A stretch of DNA of 45,508 nucleotides, taken from the NCBI GenBank assembly GCA_038065615.1, contig JBBTQQ010000001.1, positions 25,577 to 71,084 of the forward strand. The letters are read 5' to 3'. Below, piece after piece: positions 17,161-26,490 of this stretch. Origin of the DNA: Patescibacteria group bacterium. GTDB lineage: Bacteria; Patescibacteriota; Doudnabacteria; UBA920; VMFF01. The position numbers and the translations under genes are program-made. Numbering within the stretch: the first letter of the stretch is position 1; every line of letters starts with the position of its first letter. The notes beneath the pieces are model-generated. The model did no database searches and was not told the origin of the DNA. It saw only the letters and a program-made list of their open reading frames with translations.

Positions 17161-17802
17161 CTACAACTCGCGGGGACGAACGAACCGAACGCCGCCGTCG
17201 AAGCCGCTGCCGACCCAACGGAAGTCGAGCACCCAACGCTTACCGCCCCAGTCGAAGCAAGCCACGCGGCGACGACGGTGGCCATCGAGCAGGACTGTCC
17301 GAGGCATTACGAAATAATGCGTACCTCTGAACTCGACGGGGAAAATCTCCTTTCCGTCTTCCTGTGCCTTCAGCAGTGTGGCTGCGAAGCCGAGACTGCC
17401 ATAAGCACCCGCCGACCCCTCGATCATCGTGTCGCCGTTGACGTAGGTCTCGCCGTCCTGAACAGGGCAAGAGGAATAGTCGAGGTTGACGAGATTGATT
17501 TCGCCTTCCAGACTGTCACTCTTCACTGTCCAGCCAAGCGGAACAAGACCTGTGTCCTGGGCACGAACGGGTTTCACGATTCCCAACATCTTGCGGGCAA
17601 AACTCAGAACGAATGCCCGATAGGTTGTAGCAAGCTCCTGCTTGAACACGCCACCATTGGCGTGGACTGCTTGGAGCTGGTCGCCCGTGAAGGTGTCCTG
17701 TTCGTCCAGGACACTGTCCACTGCTTCCGTGGTCAGGGTTCGCACTCGGCGAGCCTGAGCCTTGGAAGGCTTCTGTTCGGACGTGAGCGATGTTATAGTC
17801 AT
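17161..17802 (-). CDS. DGR-target-like protein; VR-like C-terminus does not match the local TR
   Basis: C-terminus RRVACFDWGGKRWVLDFRWVGSGFDGGVRFVRPRE with mostly NNC/NNT codons; GC-rich; GGAGG 9 nt before ATG 17802. Confidence 0.75.
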   Translation of the reverse strand: MTITSLTSEQKPSKAQARRVRTLTTEAVDSVLDEQDTFTGDQLQAVHANGGVFKQELATTYRAFVLSFARKMLGIVKPVRAQDTGLVPLGWTVKSDSLEGEINLVNLDYSSCPVQDGETYVNGDTMIEGSAGAYGSLGFAATLLKAQEDGKEIFPVEFRGTHYFVMPRTVLLDGHRRRRVACFDWGGKRWVLDFRWVGSGFDGGVRFVRPREL

Positions 17803-17845
17803 CGTCAGCATCCTCCATGCAAATTGTGATGATGCTACCCCCTTA

Positions 17846-17880
17846 GGGATACTCTGCTCGTTAGTGAGCTAAGAGCCCAA
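17846..17880 (-). promoter_or_regulatory. Shared 5' leader hairpin, copy A
   Basis: GGG CTCT TA GCTC ACTAAC GAGC AGAG TAT CCC; 23 nt identical to 41709-41743. Confidence 0.7.
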
Positions 17881-17930
17881 GATACAAACTTCTTCGTAAC
17901 TAAGACTTGTAGCCCACTTGTTAGTTTCAC

Positions 17931-17959
17931 ATCATAGCCCTCGAGCCTTGTTTTGTCAA
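17931..17959 (-). promoter_or_regulatory. Sigma70 promoter of the target-like gene
   Basis: TTGACA-17 nt-TATGAT. Confidence 0.8.
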
Positions 17960-17961
17960 AG

Positions 17962-18261
17962 CTAATTCAACAAATCATTAAGCAACTCCGGTGTTTGTTG
18001 AAGCTGTTCTGTTGAAACATTTGATGATGAAAGAATCACCTGGAACATTATTAAAAACGCTCCTGCTGTGAATATGGTGATTAAGACGCAAACAAGAGAT
18101 ACTTTGTTTGCGTCTTTTTTTTCGCTGAAAACAAAATAGTAGAGAGCAATGAATAACCCTAGTGGCATGAAAAGAAAAGAAAACAAATACGCATAGCGTT
18201 TGCTTTTAACGCTGACATTGTTCTCTTCTATATGTTCTAAATCGACAATTGTCTCTTCCAT
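17962..18261 (-). CDS. Small 2-TM hypothetical protein
   Basis: ORF coupled to pyrH with two hydrophobic segments. Confidence 0.65.
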   Translation of the reverse strand: MEETIVDLEHIEENNVSVKSKRYAYLFSFLFMPLGLFIALYYFVFSEKKDANKVSLVCVLITIFTAGAFLIMFQVILSSSNVSTEQLQQTPELLNDLLN

Positions 18262-18262
18262 G

Positions 18263-18952
18263 TTATTCAATTACTGTTCCTTTAAACTTTTTACCAGAAA
18301 TTAAGTTCTCAAGATTTTTAAAGTCTTTGCCATTCATAACTACAACACGTAGTTTGTTTTGCTGAGCGTGTTTGCTTGCAATCGGATCAAACGGTGCATG
18401 TAAACCTGGATCCCATTTATTACCAACTATTTTTCTAAACTCAGGCCATGATATTTTCTCTATCTTTTTTGCTCCAGCTAATTTCGGATCTTTAGTGTAT
18501 ACATAGTCAATGTTGCTTAAGTTGATTACAGTCTTTGCGCCATAATTCTTAGCAATCAAAACAGCACAATAGTCTGTTGAGTTTCCTGGTCTATACCCTG
18601 CTGCGATTATTAAATTCGCTTTAATATTACGCTTTTTTGTCGGATCTTTAATCACTTTCTGATATGTTGTTCCTCTAAATATTGTCCTTAAAAGTTGTGC
18701 GTTTAAACGTGTAGCATGAATTCCTAACCAATCTAAATCCTCAATCGGCATTTTATGCACAACCGCTGCTCCTGCGTCTCTGTATTTTCTTGCTGTTGCT
18801 CCTCCTCCTGCAACGACTATGAATCTGTTTCCTTTTTTAATCTGTTGCTCTATGAAAACTTTAAACTTCTTTAAAAACCCTGTATCAATACTGTCTGGAA
18901 CAAAAACTGAACCACCAAGTGAAAGAACAAATGTTTTTTTTGCCATTTTCAT
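18263..18952 (-). CDS. pyrH: UMP kinase, short archaeal-like type
   Basis: VLSLGGS, GGGATARKY, LDWLGIHATRLNA, PGNSTD, VYTKDP, PFDP. Confidence 0.92.
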   Translation of the reverse strand: MKMAKKTFVLSLGGSVFVPDSIDTGFLKKFKVFIEQQIKKGNRFIVVAGGGATARKYRDAGAAVVHKMPIEDLDWLGIHATRLNAQLLRTIFRGTTYQKVIKDPTKKRNIKANLIIAAGYRPGNSTDYCAVLIAKNYGAKTVINLSNIDYVYTKDPKLAGAKKIEKISWPEFRKIVGNKWDPGLHAPFDPIASKHAQQNKLRVVVMNGKDFKNLENLISGKKFKGTVIE

Positions 18953-18958
18953 TTTTAA

Positions 18959-19885
18959 TTAATTAGATTCTAAATTAATATTTGAACTAGCGCACCTATC
19001 CCCTTTAAAACAAGCATAAGCATTTTTTTCAAAACGAAGATCAAAATATGCTAAACGATTTTGCTGATCAGGTGTTAGTTGAATCCAAAGGGTATAGAAA
19101 CGATCAAGGAAGATTTTTGAGTCTGTGGTTGAATTAAAGTATGCGACAAAACCTTTTCTCAAATGCACGATTAACTGGTCAGAAGCTCTGCCTGGAATCT
19201 CAAATGATTCTATTGATAACGACATCTTCTTTTCAATGTTGTCATTTAAATACTGCAGGAAATCATTTTTTTGAGTATTAAGAAACTTTTCACCGGGATT
19301 AACACTTTCTTCTGCGCTGTCTTTAACTTTTTTGAATGCTTTGAAATCTGAAAGGAGTTGCTCTGGTAAAATACTGCTTCCAATGGTTGAATCTGAATTC
19401 AGCACATAGTTATTCAAACCCTGCTCTAAAACAAACTCTGGTATTCTCTGGTCTATTTGTACCACAACCTTGTGTAAAGGTTTTCTTTTAATCTCTATAA
19501 CTCCTGCAACCTGATAGTTGTTCTCTAGAAGGTATTCTGTAAAAGAACGGGTTCCAAAAAAGAAAATGTTCTTTCGAGGAAAGATTCCTACCCTGTACTT
19601 CTGAGTGTATTCATTAAAGTTCTCTTCAATCTTGCCGGCTGCTTGTTGATCTGTTCCTGATATTTCAATGCTATTTAATTTCAGAAAAGGTGCAAAATAT
19701 ATGCAGTATACAAAAAAAACAAAAATCAATGAGGCTATTGTTTTGCGCTGCCAAGTATCAAGGCCTAAGTAGTACAAAAGTTTTTTAAACGGTTCTTCTG
19801 GCGCTTTATGCACTTCGCGCTTGTATTTACGAGCGCCTTGAATTTGGCTTTTATATTCCGGTTGATTAAAGCGTTTTGTATCCAT
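18959..19885 (-). CDS. FtsQ/DivIB-like protein
   Basis: Basic N-terminus, single TM, POTRA-like region, C-terminal YFDLRF. Confidence 0.65.
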   Translation of the reverse strand: MDTKRFNQPEYKSQIQGARKYKREVHKAPEEPFKKLLYYLGLDTWQRKTIASLIFVFFVYCIYFAPFLKLNSIEISGTDQQAAGKIEENFNEYTQKYRVGIFPRKNIFFFGTRSFTEYLLENNYQVAGVIEIKRKPLHKVVVQIDQRIPEFVLEQGLNNYVLNSDSTIGSSILPEQLLSDFKAFKKVKDSAEESVNPGEKFLNTQKNDFLQYLNDNIEKKMSLSIESFEIPGRASDQLIVHLRKGFVAYFNSTTDSKIFLDRFYTLWIQLTPDQQNRLAYFDLRFEKNAYACFKGDRCASSNINLESN

Positions 19886-19904
19886 TATGTATTTGCTTTT
19901 AAAA

Positions 19905-21185
19905 CTAAGCTTTTGTAATTTTCTTTTTGCCAAGCATGAAAGGCTGCAATGCTTCTGGAATTACGATTGTGCCGTCTTCTTGTTGGTAGTTTTCTAAGAT
20001 TGCAATTAAAGTTCTTCCAGCAGCAGCAGTTGCATCATTCATATACACTAACTCTGTTTTACCATCTTTTCTTTTTACTTTTATACTTAACCTTCTTGAT
20101 TGAAAATCAGTCATGTAATCAGAGGTATGTGTTTCTCTGTAACGATCTTGTCCTGGAAGCCAAGTCTCAATATCTATTTGCCTGTAATCAGGAGCACCCA
20201 TGTCTCCTGTGCTAATCTCAATAACTTGATATGGCAACTCTAAGCACTGATTAATGTGTTCTTGCAAAGCAACTATTAACAATTGTTCGTCTGTTCCATT
20301 TTCAGCGGTTGTATATGTTTCCATTTCCAGTTTATCAAACTGATGCACTCTTAAAATTCCTTTCATGTCCTTACCGTATGAACCAGCTTCTCTTCTGAAA
20401 GCTGTTGAAAAACCAATGTATCTAATTGGCAACTCATCTTCTGGGATTGTTTGATCCATGTGAATTGGACCAAGGGTATGTTCTGCGCTTCCAACCAAAT
20501 ACAAATCATCACTTGGAATGTAGTATCTTTCTTCTTTTGGTTCTAAACGTCCCATTCTTTGCATTACCTCTGGTTTAATCATTACTGGAGGCAATACAGG
20601 AACAAAAGGCTTGGTTGAAATATTTAAACCAACTTTTTTAGCTACTTTTGCAATGACTGTCTCGTCAGTCAAAATGCTAAGCACTAATTGAATTACCGCA
20701 AACTCTAAAAGAGCCATGTCTCCTTTTAAGTATGCAAAACGCGCACCAGTCACTTCGGCTGCTGTTTCTGTGTCAATTATTCCCAGCTCTTTGCCAAGTT
20801 GCCAGTGTTCTTTTGGTTTAAAAGAAAAATCAGGAACATCACCATGTTTAGAAATTACTGTATTTGCAGACTCATCAAAACCAACCGGTGTTTGCGGAGA
20901 TGAAATGTTTGGTACAGCATACATTAACTCAGTGTATTCAGCATCTAAAACCACAAACTTTTCCTCTAAAGAAACCAGGTTTTCTTTAACTAACTTTCCC
21001 CTTTCAACATCTTTATCTTTTGCCGCGATATTTTTTTCTTGGTTTAAATTTTCAATCTCAATTCTTAACTTTCTACGTTGTTCATCAACTTCTAAAAGAC
21101 GATCAATGTTAACCTTGCTTTTTTTGTCAGCAACGGTTTTCTTAATTAAATCCGGATTTTCTCTGATGTATTTAATGTCTAACAT
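19905..21185 (-). CDS. serS: Seryl-tRNA synthetase
   Basis: MLDIKYIREN, FRREAGSYGKD, RVHQFDKLE, ILENYQ. Confidence 0.97.
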   Translation of the reverse strand: MLDIKYIRENPDLIKKTVADKKSKVNIDRLLEVDEQRRKLRIEIENLNQEKNIAAKDKDVERGKLVKENLVSLEEKFVVLDAEYTELMYAVPNISSPQTPVGFDESANTVISKHGDVPDFSFKPKEHWQLGKELGIIDTETAAEVTGARFAYLKGDMALLEFAVIQLVLSILTDETVIAKVAKKVGLNISTKPFVPVLPPVMIKPEVMQRMGRLEPKEERYYIPSDDLYLVGSAEHTLGPIHMDQTIPEDELPIRYIGFSTAFRREAGSYGKDMKGILRVHQFDKLEMETYTTAENGTDEQLLIVALQEHINQCLELPYQVIEISTGDMGAPDYRQIDIETWLPGQDRYRETHTSDYMTDFQSRRLSIKVKRKDGKTELVYMNDATAAAGRTLIAILENYQQEDGTIVIPEALQPFMLGKKKITKA

Positions 21186-21195
21186 GTTTTTCCCT

Positions 21196-21636
21196 TTATT
21201 TATCTAACAGCTCAATTATCTCTTTGCAGTATCGCAAAGCATTTGTGTAATCAATCTGGTCTCTTTTGTAGAAAGCTCCAGAAAGTACTTCGCGATCATC
21301 AGGTTTAAACTTTCCACCGATAATCTTACAATGATACGAAATTATGATGATTTGTAATTCTGTGTCTGGAAACTCTTTATCATTTGGTTCAGCTGGATAA
21401 TAACTGGAGTATATCTTTGGTAACAATCTGACGACCTCGACATCAAATCCAGATTCTTCCTTAGCTTCCCTAACAACAGCCACTTCAGGGTCTTCACCAA
21501 AGTCTATTTTCCCTCCAGGAAACTCTAACTTTTCGTGCCAGCTAGTTCCAGGGTCATTACGCTTTGTTAAAAGCACCTCTCCATTCTCATTCGTAATTAT
21601 TGCACAAACAATAACGAGTTGCCTTTGCTTTGACAT
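21196..21636 (-). CDS. NUDIX hydrolase (MutT-like)
   Basis: Nudix box FPGGKIDFGEDPEVAVVREAKEESG. Confidence 0.92.
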   Translation of the reverse strand: MSKQRQLVIVCAIITNENGEVLLTKRNDPGTSWHEKLEFPGGKIDFGEDPEVAVVREAKEESGFDVEVVRLLPKIYSSYYPAEPNDKEFPDTELQIIIISYHCKIIGGKFKPDDREVLSGAFYKRDQIDYTNALRYCKEIIELLDK

Positions 21637-21639
21637 ATA

Positions 21640-23094
21640 TTAATCCTTCATTGGTGGGAAAATGACTGTTTCGCGAACTGACTTGTCATATAAAACAGCA
21701 AACAATCTTTCAGACATTCCAAATCCTGCTAAAGGTGGCATTCCATATTCCATTGCTTGTAAATAGTCTTCATCAATCATTTGTGCTTCAGTATCCCCTT
21801 TTGCTCGAAGTTTCATCTGGTCTTCAAATCTTGATCTCTGGTCTATTGGATCATTTAATTCACCAAAACCTTTACCGAGTTCAGTGCCATATGCTAAGAC
21901 TTGCAATCTCTGAACAACCTTTGGATTCTTTGGATCTCTTTTAGCAAGCGGCTCTAGTTCTAATGGTTGGTTAACCAAGAAGACTGGTTTGTTCAAACCT
22001 AACTCTGCTCGGATCTTCTTGAATATGAGGTCTATTAAACGACCACGTCCAGTAAACTCTTCAAATTTAATCTTGTTCTTTTTCGCATATGCTTCCAAAT
22101 CTTCATCTGTTGCTGTTTCTAGATCTAATCCTGTGTGTTTTTTGAAGGTTAGAAAATAGTCGACATCTTCCCAATCACCACTCCAATCAACCTCGTGTCC
22201 TTCTGAAACAATTTTCAAGGTTCCGAATGTTTCTTGGATAATGTACTGGTACATTAGCTGTAAAAACTTTTTCAACATTTCAAAATCAGCGTAAGCCCAA
22301 TAAAACTCCATCTGGGTGTAGTCTTGAAGATGGGTTGTTGAAATTCCCTCGTTTCTAAATATTCTTCCAATCTCAAAAACTTTTTCATATCCACCAACAA
22401 TCAACTTCTTCAAAGGAAGCTCTAAAGAAATACGCAGGTAGAAGTCACGATCAAGCGCGTTATGATGTGTTATGAATGGCTCTGCTTCAGCGCCTCCTGG
22501 AACTGATTCTAAAACAGGTGCTTCGACCTGCAAAAATCCTTGATCAACCAAATATTTTTGAGTTGCTGCCCAAAACTTAGACTTCTTAACAAACATTTCT
22601 CTTGCTTCAGGGTTCATTAAAAGATCTAGATATCTTTGGCGCAACCTTATTTCAATGTCAGAAAGACCATAGTGTTCAGAAGGAAGAGGTCTTAATGATT
22701 TTGCAAGCATTTTGAAATCTAAAACATCCAAAGTTTTTTCTTCAGTCTTGGTTTTAAACAAAACTCCTGTTGCTTCAATGAAATCTCCCAGATCAAAATT
22801 CTCAAGTAAAGCAAATTTCTCCGCTAGATTGTCAGCCTTAAAAAACAACTGAATTTTTGTTGTTCCGTCTTCAATATGTGCAAAGGTAATCTTACCTTGT
22901 GTTCTTAAACTTCTAATTCTTCCAACAACAGTAATTTCCTTCTTTGTTTCAGCTAGCGCGTCAAAGTTGTCCAGTGCTTCCTGGTTAGTATGGTCTCTTT
23001 TTGTTGAAGAAGGATATGGATCTATCCCTGCTGCTTTTAAGGCAGCTAGTTTTTTCTTTCTAAACTCGATTATATCTTCAATTCTTTCAGACAT
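21640..23094 (-). CDS. lysS: Lysyl-tRNA synthetase, class II
   Basis: RQRYLDL, GGAEAEPFITHHN, YLRISLEL, FRNEG, EYGMPP. Confidence 0.97.
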   Translation of the reverse strand: MSERIEDIIEFRKKKLAALKAAGIDPYPSSTKRDHTNQEALDNFDALAETKKEITVVGRIRSLRTQGKITFAHIEDGTTKIQLFFKADNLAEKFALLENFDLGDFIEATGVLFKTKTEEKTLDVLDFKMLAKSLRPLPSEHYGLSDIEIRLRQRYLDLLMNPEAREMFVKKSKFWAATQKYLVDQGFLQVEAPVLESVPGGAEAEPFITHHNALDRDFYLRISLELPLKKLIVGGYEKVFEIGRIFRNEGISTTHLQDYTQMEFYWAYADFEMLKKFLQLMYQYIIQETFGTLKIVSEGHEVDWSGDWEDVDYFLTFKKHTGLDLETATDEDLEAYAKKNKIKFEEFTGRGRLIDLIFKKIRAELGLNKPVFLVNQPLELEPLAKRDPKNPKVVQRLQVLAYGTELGKGFGELNDPIDQRSRFEDQMKLRAKGDTEAQMIDEDYLQAMEYGMPPLAGFGMSERLFAVLYDKSVRETVIFPPMKD

Positions 23095-23116
23095 TTTGTT
23101 GATTTAATACTTTCAA

Positions 23117-23145
23117 ATTATACCAATTTAAGGGTTTTTGGGCAA
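23117..23145 (-). promoter_or_regulatory. Sigma70 promoter for lysS
   Basis: TTGCCC-17 nt-TATAAT with TG extension. Confidence 0.65.
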
Positions 23146-23147
23146 AA

Positions 23148-23177
23148 TTAAAACCCCCGAGCTCTCGGGGGTTTAAA
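23148..23177. terminator. Terminator after greA
   Basis: aaacccccga-gctc-tcgggggttt. Confidence 0.85.
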
Positions 23178-23657
23178 CTATTCGATATGTGTAATTTCGT
23201 AGGTCATTTCACCGGCAGGAGTAGCAACCTTAATCTTTTCTGAAGCCTTTCGTCCAAGTAATGCTTTTCCAACTAAGGATTCGTTCGAGATCTTGCCTTC
23301 AGCAGGGTTTGCTTCGTTAGCACCAACAATGGTGTATTTTTTTTCACCTTTTTGTTCTTTGTCGTCATAGACTAAAACTGTTGCAGTAGAACCAACCATG
23401 ACTGTGTTGTGCTTGCCGTGCGTATCAATGATTTCAGCATTCTTGATCATGTCCTCGATTTCCTGAATGCGTCCTTCAATGAAAGACTGTTCTTCCTTTG
23501 CTTGGGCATAATCTGCGTTCTCAGAAAGATCTCCATGCGCGACTGCTTCTTGAATACGTTCAATGACTTCCTTACGTTTCTCGTTTATCAAAACCTTTAA
23601 TTCTTCATTTAGTTTTTCTAACCCTTCTGGGGTTAACAAGAATTTTCTTAAGCTCAT
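23178..23657 (-). CDS. greA: Transcription elongation factor GreA
   Basis: HGDLSENADY..AKEEQ, ISNES.VGKALLG. Confidence 0.96.
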   Translation of the reverse strand: MSLRKFLLTPEGLEKLNEELKVLINEKRKEVIERIQEAVAHGDLSENADYAQAKEEQSFIEGRIQEIEDMIKNAEIIDTHGKHNTVMVGSTATVLVYDDKEQKGEKKYTIVGANEANPAEGKISNESLVGKALLGRKASEKIKVATPAGEMTYEITHIE

Positions 23658-23712
23658 TTGAGTAGGTTTAAATATAAAAGCGCGGGGGCTTTACGGCTTT
23701 TGCGCTGGGATT

Positions 23713-23741
23713 ATATTATGCGATTTCATGGCTATTGTCAA
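23713..23741 (-). promoter_or_regulatory. Sigma70 promoter for greA
   Basis: TTGACA-17 nt-TAATAT. Confidence 0.65.
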
Positions 23742-24571
23742 TTAGCTCTTCGTCTTTTGGCAACAGCTACAACATTGCTTAAAAGCATAGCTACTGTAAC
23801 TGGTCCAACTCCTCCTGGAACTGGAGAAACAGCAAAGACTTTGTCTTTGATACCTTCAAAATCAACATCTCCTGAAATACCACTGTTTGATTCAGCTGTC
23901 CCTGCATCAATTACAATGCTTTCTGCTCTAACCATAGAAGGCTTAATCAAACCAGGAACACCTGTTCCGCTAATGATGATGTCAGCGGAAAGACAAAGGC
24001 TTGAGAGGTCTTGAGTTGATTGATTTGCAACTGTAACTGTTGCTCCTGCTTGCATCAACAAAAAAGTAACTGGTTTACCAACTAAGTCTCCTGCTCCAAC
24101 AACTAAAACATGTTTTCCAGGAAGATCAATATTCAAACCTTGGATCATCTTTAAAATGGCGGAGGCTGTTGCTGGCATAATTTTTTGCTGCCCTGTAAAG
24201 AGTTCTCCCAAACTAACTGAGGTTATCATATCAACATCAATATCTGGATTAATCGCATTCATGACTGCTTGTTTGTCTAAATGTTTTGGCAAAGGGAGCT
24301 GAACTATTAAACCACAAATGTTTTCTACGCTGTTCATTTTTTTAATATCAGCAACCAAAGTCTCCTCTAAAACATCTTGGGGGTATTTCTTAATCTCAAA
24401 ATCAATACCGGTTTCAAAAGCTCTTTTAGCTTTAATATTTACGTATGATTCTATAACTGGATCAGAACCAACGAAAACATCAATTAATTTTGGTTTAAAA
24501 CCTAAAGACGCAACTTCTATTTTAAGTTGATCTAATATTTCCCTTGCTATTTTTCTTCCATCTATAATCAT
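23738..24571 (-). CDS. folD: Methylene-THF dehydrogenase/cyclohydrolase
   Basis: IDGRKIA, VQLPLP, VGKP, GDVDF, PVPGGVGPVTVAML. Confidence 0.95.
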   Translation of the reverse strand: MIIDGRKIAREILDQLKIEVASLGFKPKLIDVFVGSDPVIESYVNIKAKRAFETGIDFEIKKYPQDVLEETLVADIKKMNSVENICGLIVQLPLPKHLDKQAVMNAINPDIDVDMITSVSLGELFTGQQKIMPATASAILKMIQGLNIDLPGKHVLVVGAGDLVGKPVTFLLMQAGATVTVANQSTQDLSSLCLSADIIISGTGVPGLIKPSMVRAESIVIDAGTAESNSGISGDVDFEGIKDKVFAVSPVPGGVGPVTVAMLLSNVVAVAKRRRAN

Positions 24572-26490
24572 TTGTTTCTATGTTCTGCCCACCATAATAA
24601 TGTTTCTTTAACAACTGGCGAAGCTGCGGATGAACCCTCACCTCCAGCTTCAATTAAAACTGTAATAACGATCCTTGGATTTTCATAAGGCGCAAAAGCT
24701 GTAAACCAAGCGTGTGTTGCAGCAGGATTTGCAGAATCAAATTGCGCGGTTCCAGTCTTCCCAGCTGCAGTTACAGGCAAAGTACTTAAACTCCTTGCGG
24801 TTCCTTGAGTTACAGTCATGCGCATACCTTCTCTAACAATTTCAATGTTTTTAGCATCAATGAAATCTGAACGAATGACTTCCTGTTTCTTTTCAAAAAT
24901 CACTTTGTTTTCAACATCTGTAACTCTATCAAGAATATACGGTCGATACAAGGTACCGCCATTTGCAACCACAGAAGTCCACATAGCAACCTGCAATGGT
25001 GTTGCTAACATATCCCCTTGTCCAATTGAGACGTGATAGGTGTCTCCAGGATACCAAATCTGCATTTCCTTTGTGTCAAAATAGTTCTTTTTCCAATATG
25101 GGTCAGCAACCAAACCAGCTGCTTCTGAAGGTAAATCAATGCCAAGAGGAGAACCCATTCCAAAAAGCTTGTCATATTTAGCAAGTCTTTCAGGACCAAG
25201 CCCTGCGATATTTAAAGCTGACTGTCCTCCACCAACTGTATAGAAATATATATCTGAAGACATCGCGATCGCGGTTCGAACAGTCATTGGACCTAAACCG
25301 TCTTCTTTCCAACCACGAAAGTGGAAACCACCATAAATCAAATCACCATTGTCATAAATGACTGTTTTTTCATCAACAACTCCTTCTTGCAAAGCTGCTG
25401 AAGCAATCACTGGTTTAATTGTAGAACCAGGAGGATATGTTCCTGAGATGGCTCTGTTGAAAAGAGGTTTTTTTGGATCAGTGGTTAATTTTAGATAGTC
25501 TTTCTGGGAAATTCCTTGTGAAAACAGATTATTATCAAAACCAGGCAAAGAAACTAAAGCCAGAACTTTACCGTTTTGCGGATCAAGAACAATTGCTGCT
25601 GCTTTTTTGTTTCCATTATGCGAAACAATATTTTTGTAAAGTTCTTTTTGTAATTCTGTATCAATGTTTAATATTAAAGAATCACCTGGCTCAGGATCAA
25701 TCTGTCCATGCAAAGATTTTAAGTTTCCTTTAGCATCAACCTCAACTTGTTTTTTTCCTGAAACACCACGAAGATATTTTTCATATTCTGCCTCAATACC
25801 AGTTTTACCGATATAGTCATTGCGGGCATATTGACCTTCTTCTTGATTAGAAAGTTCCTGATCAGTAATTTTACCTGTGTAGCCTAAAAGGTGAGAAAAA
25901 ACCAGTGGATCAGGATATTGTCGTATTGGGTTATGCTCTATTGCAAAGCCAAGGAACTGACTTGCTTTTGACTCAAACAAAAGCGCGTAGTCTTTAGGAA
26001 GATTCTGCATCACGCTAATTGGCTGATATGACGTTGAGCTCTTTTTTTGTATTTCTTCAATCAAAGGATCTGCTTCAAAACCCATTAAATCAGCAAGAGC
26101 TCTAACGCTTGGTTGATAGTCTTTTGGTAAATCAGCTGGTGTTACAACTAACTCAAAGCTCGGAATATTTTCAACAAGTTGCTTTCCCTGAGAATCGTAA
26201 ATTATTCCTCTTGGAGCAAGAATCGATTGAACCCTCAATCGATTCTGATCAGCAAGCGTTCTAAAGTGTTCTCCTTGAACAATTTGTAAGACTATTAAAC
26301 GTCCAAAAAGAACAAGAAAAACAACAACAACTATGCTTACGTAGAAAGTAATTCGTGAGTCTTCGCTCTGTCCTTCATAATAATCATCGGGTTCGCTTGC
26401 CTGGAACAAAGCACCCTCTTCCCAATCAAGCTTTGGGCGATGGGTTTTCTTCTCAAAATTTGAATTGTAAACGCTAAAAGGATCCTTCAT
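24568..26490 (-). CDS. mrdA: Penicillin-binding protein 2
   Basis: APRG, YPPGSTIK (SxxK), SSD, GKTGTAQ; adjacent to mreCD. Confidence 0.95.
   Translation of the reverse strand: MKDPFSVYNSNFEKKTHRPKLDWEEGALFQASEPDDYYEGQSEDSRITFYVSIVVVVFLVLFGRLIVLQIVQGEHFRTLADQNRLRVQSILAPRGIIYDSQGKQLVENIPSFELVVTPADLPKDYQPSVRALADLMGFEADPLIEEIQKKSSTSYQPISVMQNLPKDYALLFESKASQFLGFAIEHNPIRQYPDPLVFSHLLGYTGKITDQELSNQEEGQYARNDYIGKTGIEAEYEKYLRGVSGKKQVEVDAKGNLKSLHGQIDPEPGDSLILNIDTELQKELYKNIVSHNGNKKAAAIVLDPQNGKVLALVSLPGFDNNLFSQGISQKDYLKLTTDPKKPLFNRAISGTYPPGSTIKPVIASAALQEGVVDEKTVIYDNGDLIYGGFHFRGWKEDGLGPMTVRTAIAMSSDIYFYTVGGGQSALNIAGLGPERLAKYDKLFGMGSPLGIDLPSEAAGLVADPYWKKNYFDTKEMQIWYPGDTYHVSIGQGDMLATPLQVAMWTSVVANGGTLYRPYILDRVTDVENKVIFEKKQEVIRSDFIDAKNIEIVREGMRMTVTQGTARSLSTLPVTAAGKTGTAQFDSANPAATHAWFTAFAPYENPRIVITVLIEAGGEGSSAASPVVKETLLWWAEHRNK

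Noticed and set aside
17165-17295. Second VR of the local TR
   Set aside because: Cannot be aligned without many non-adenine mismatches.
17094-17829. Overlapping ORFs such as 17278-17829 (+)
   Set aside because: Shadows in GC-rich DNA; the expression signals support 17161-17802 (-).
17846-17880. tRNA gene or attachment-site remnant (TAGCTCA...GAGC resembles a D-arm)
   Set aside because: No anticodon arm, TTC T-loop or acceptor stem follows in either copy.
23670-23710. greA leader attenuator
   Set aside because: Only a 5-bp AGCGC/GCGCT stem with a long loop; too weak to call.
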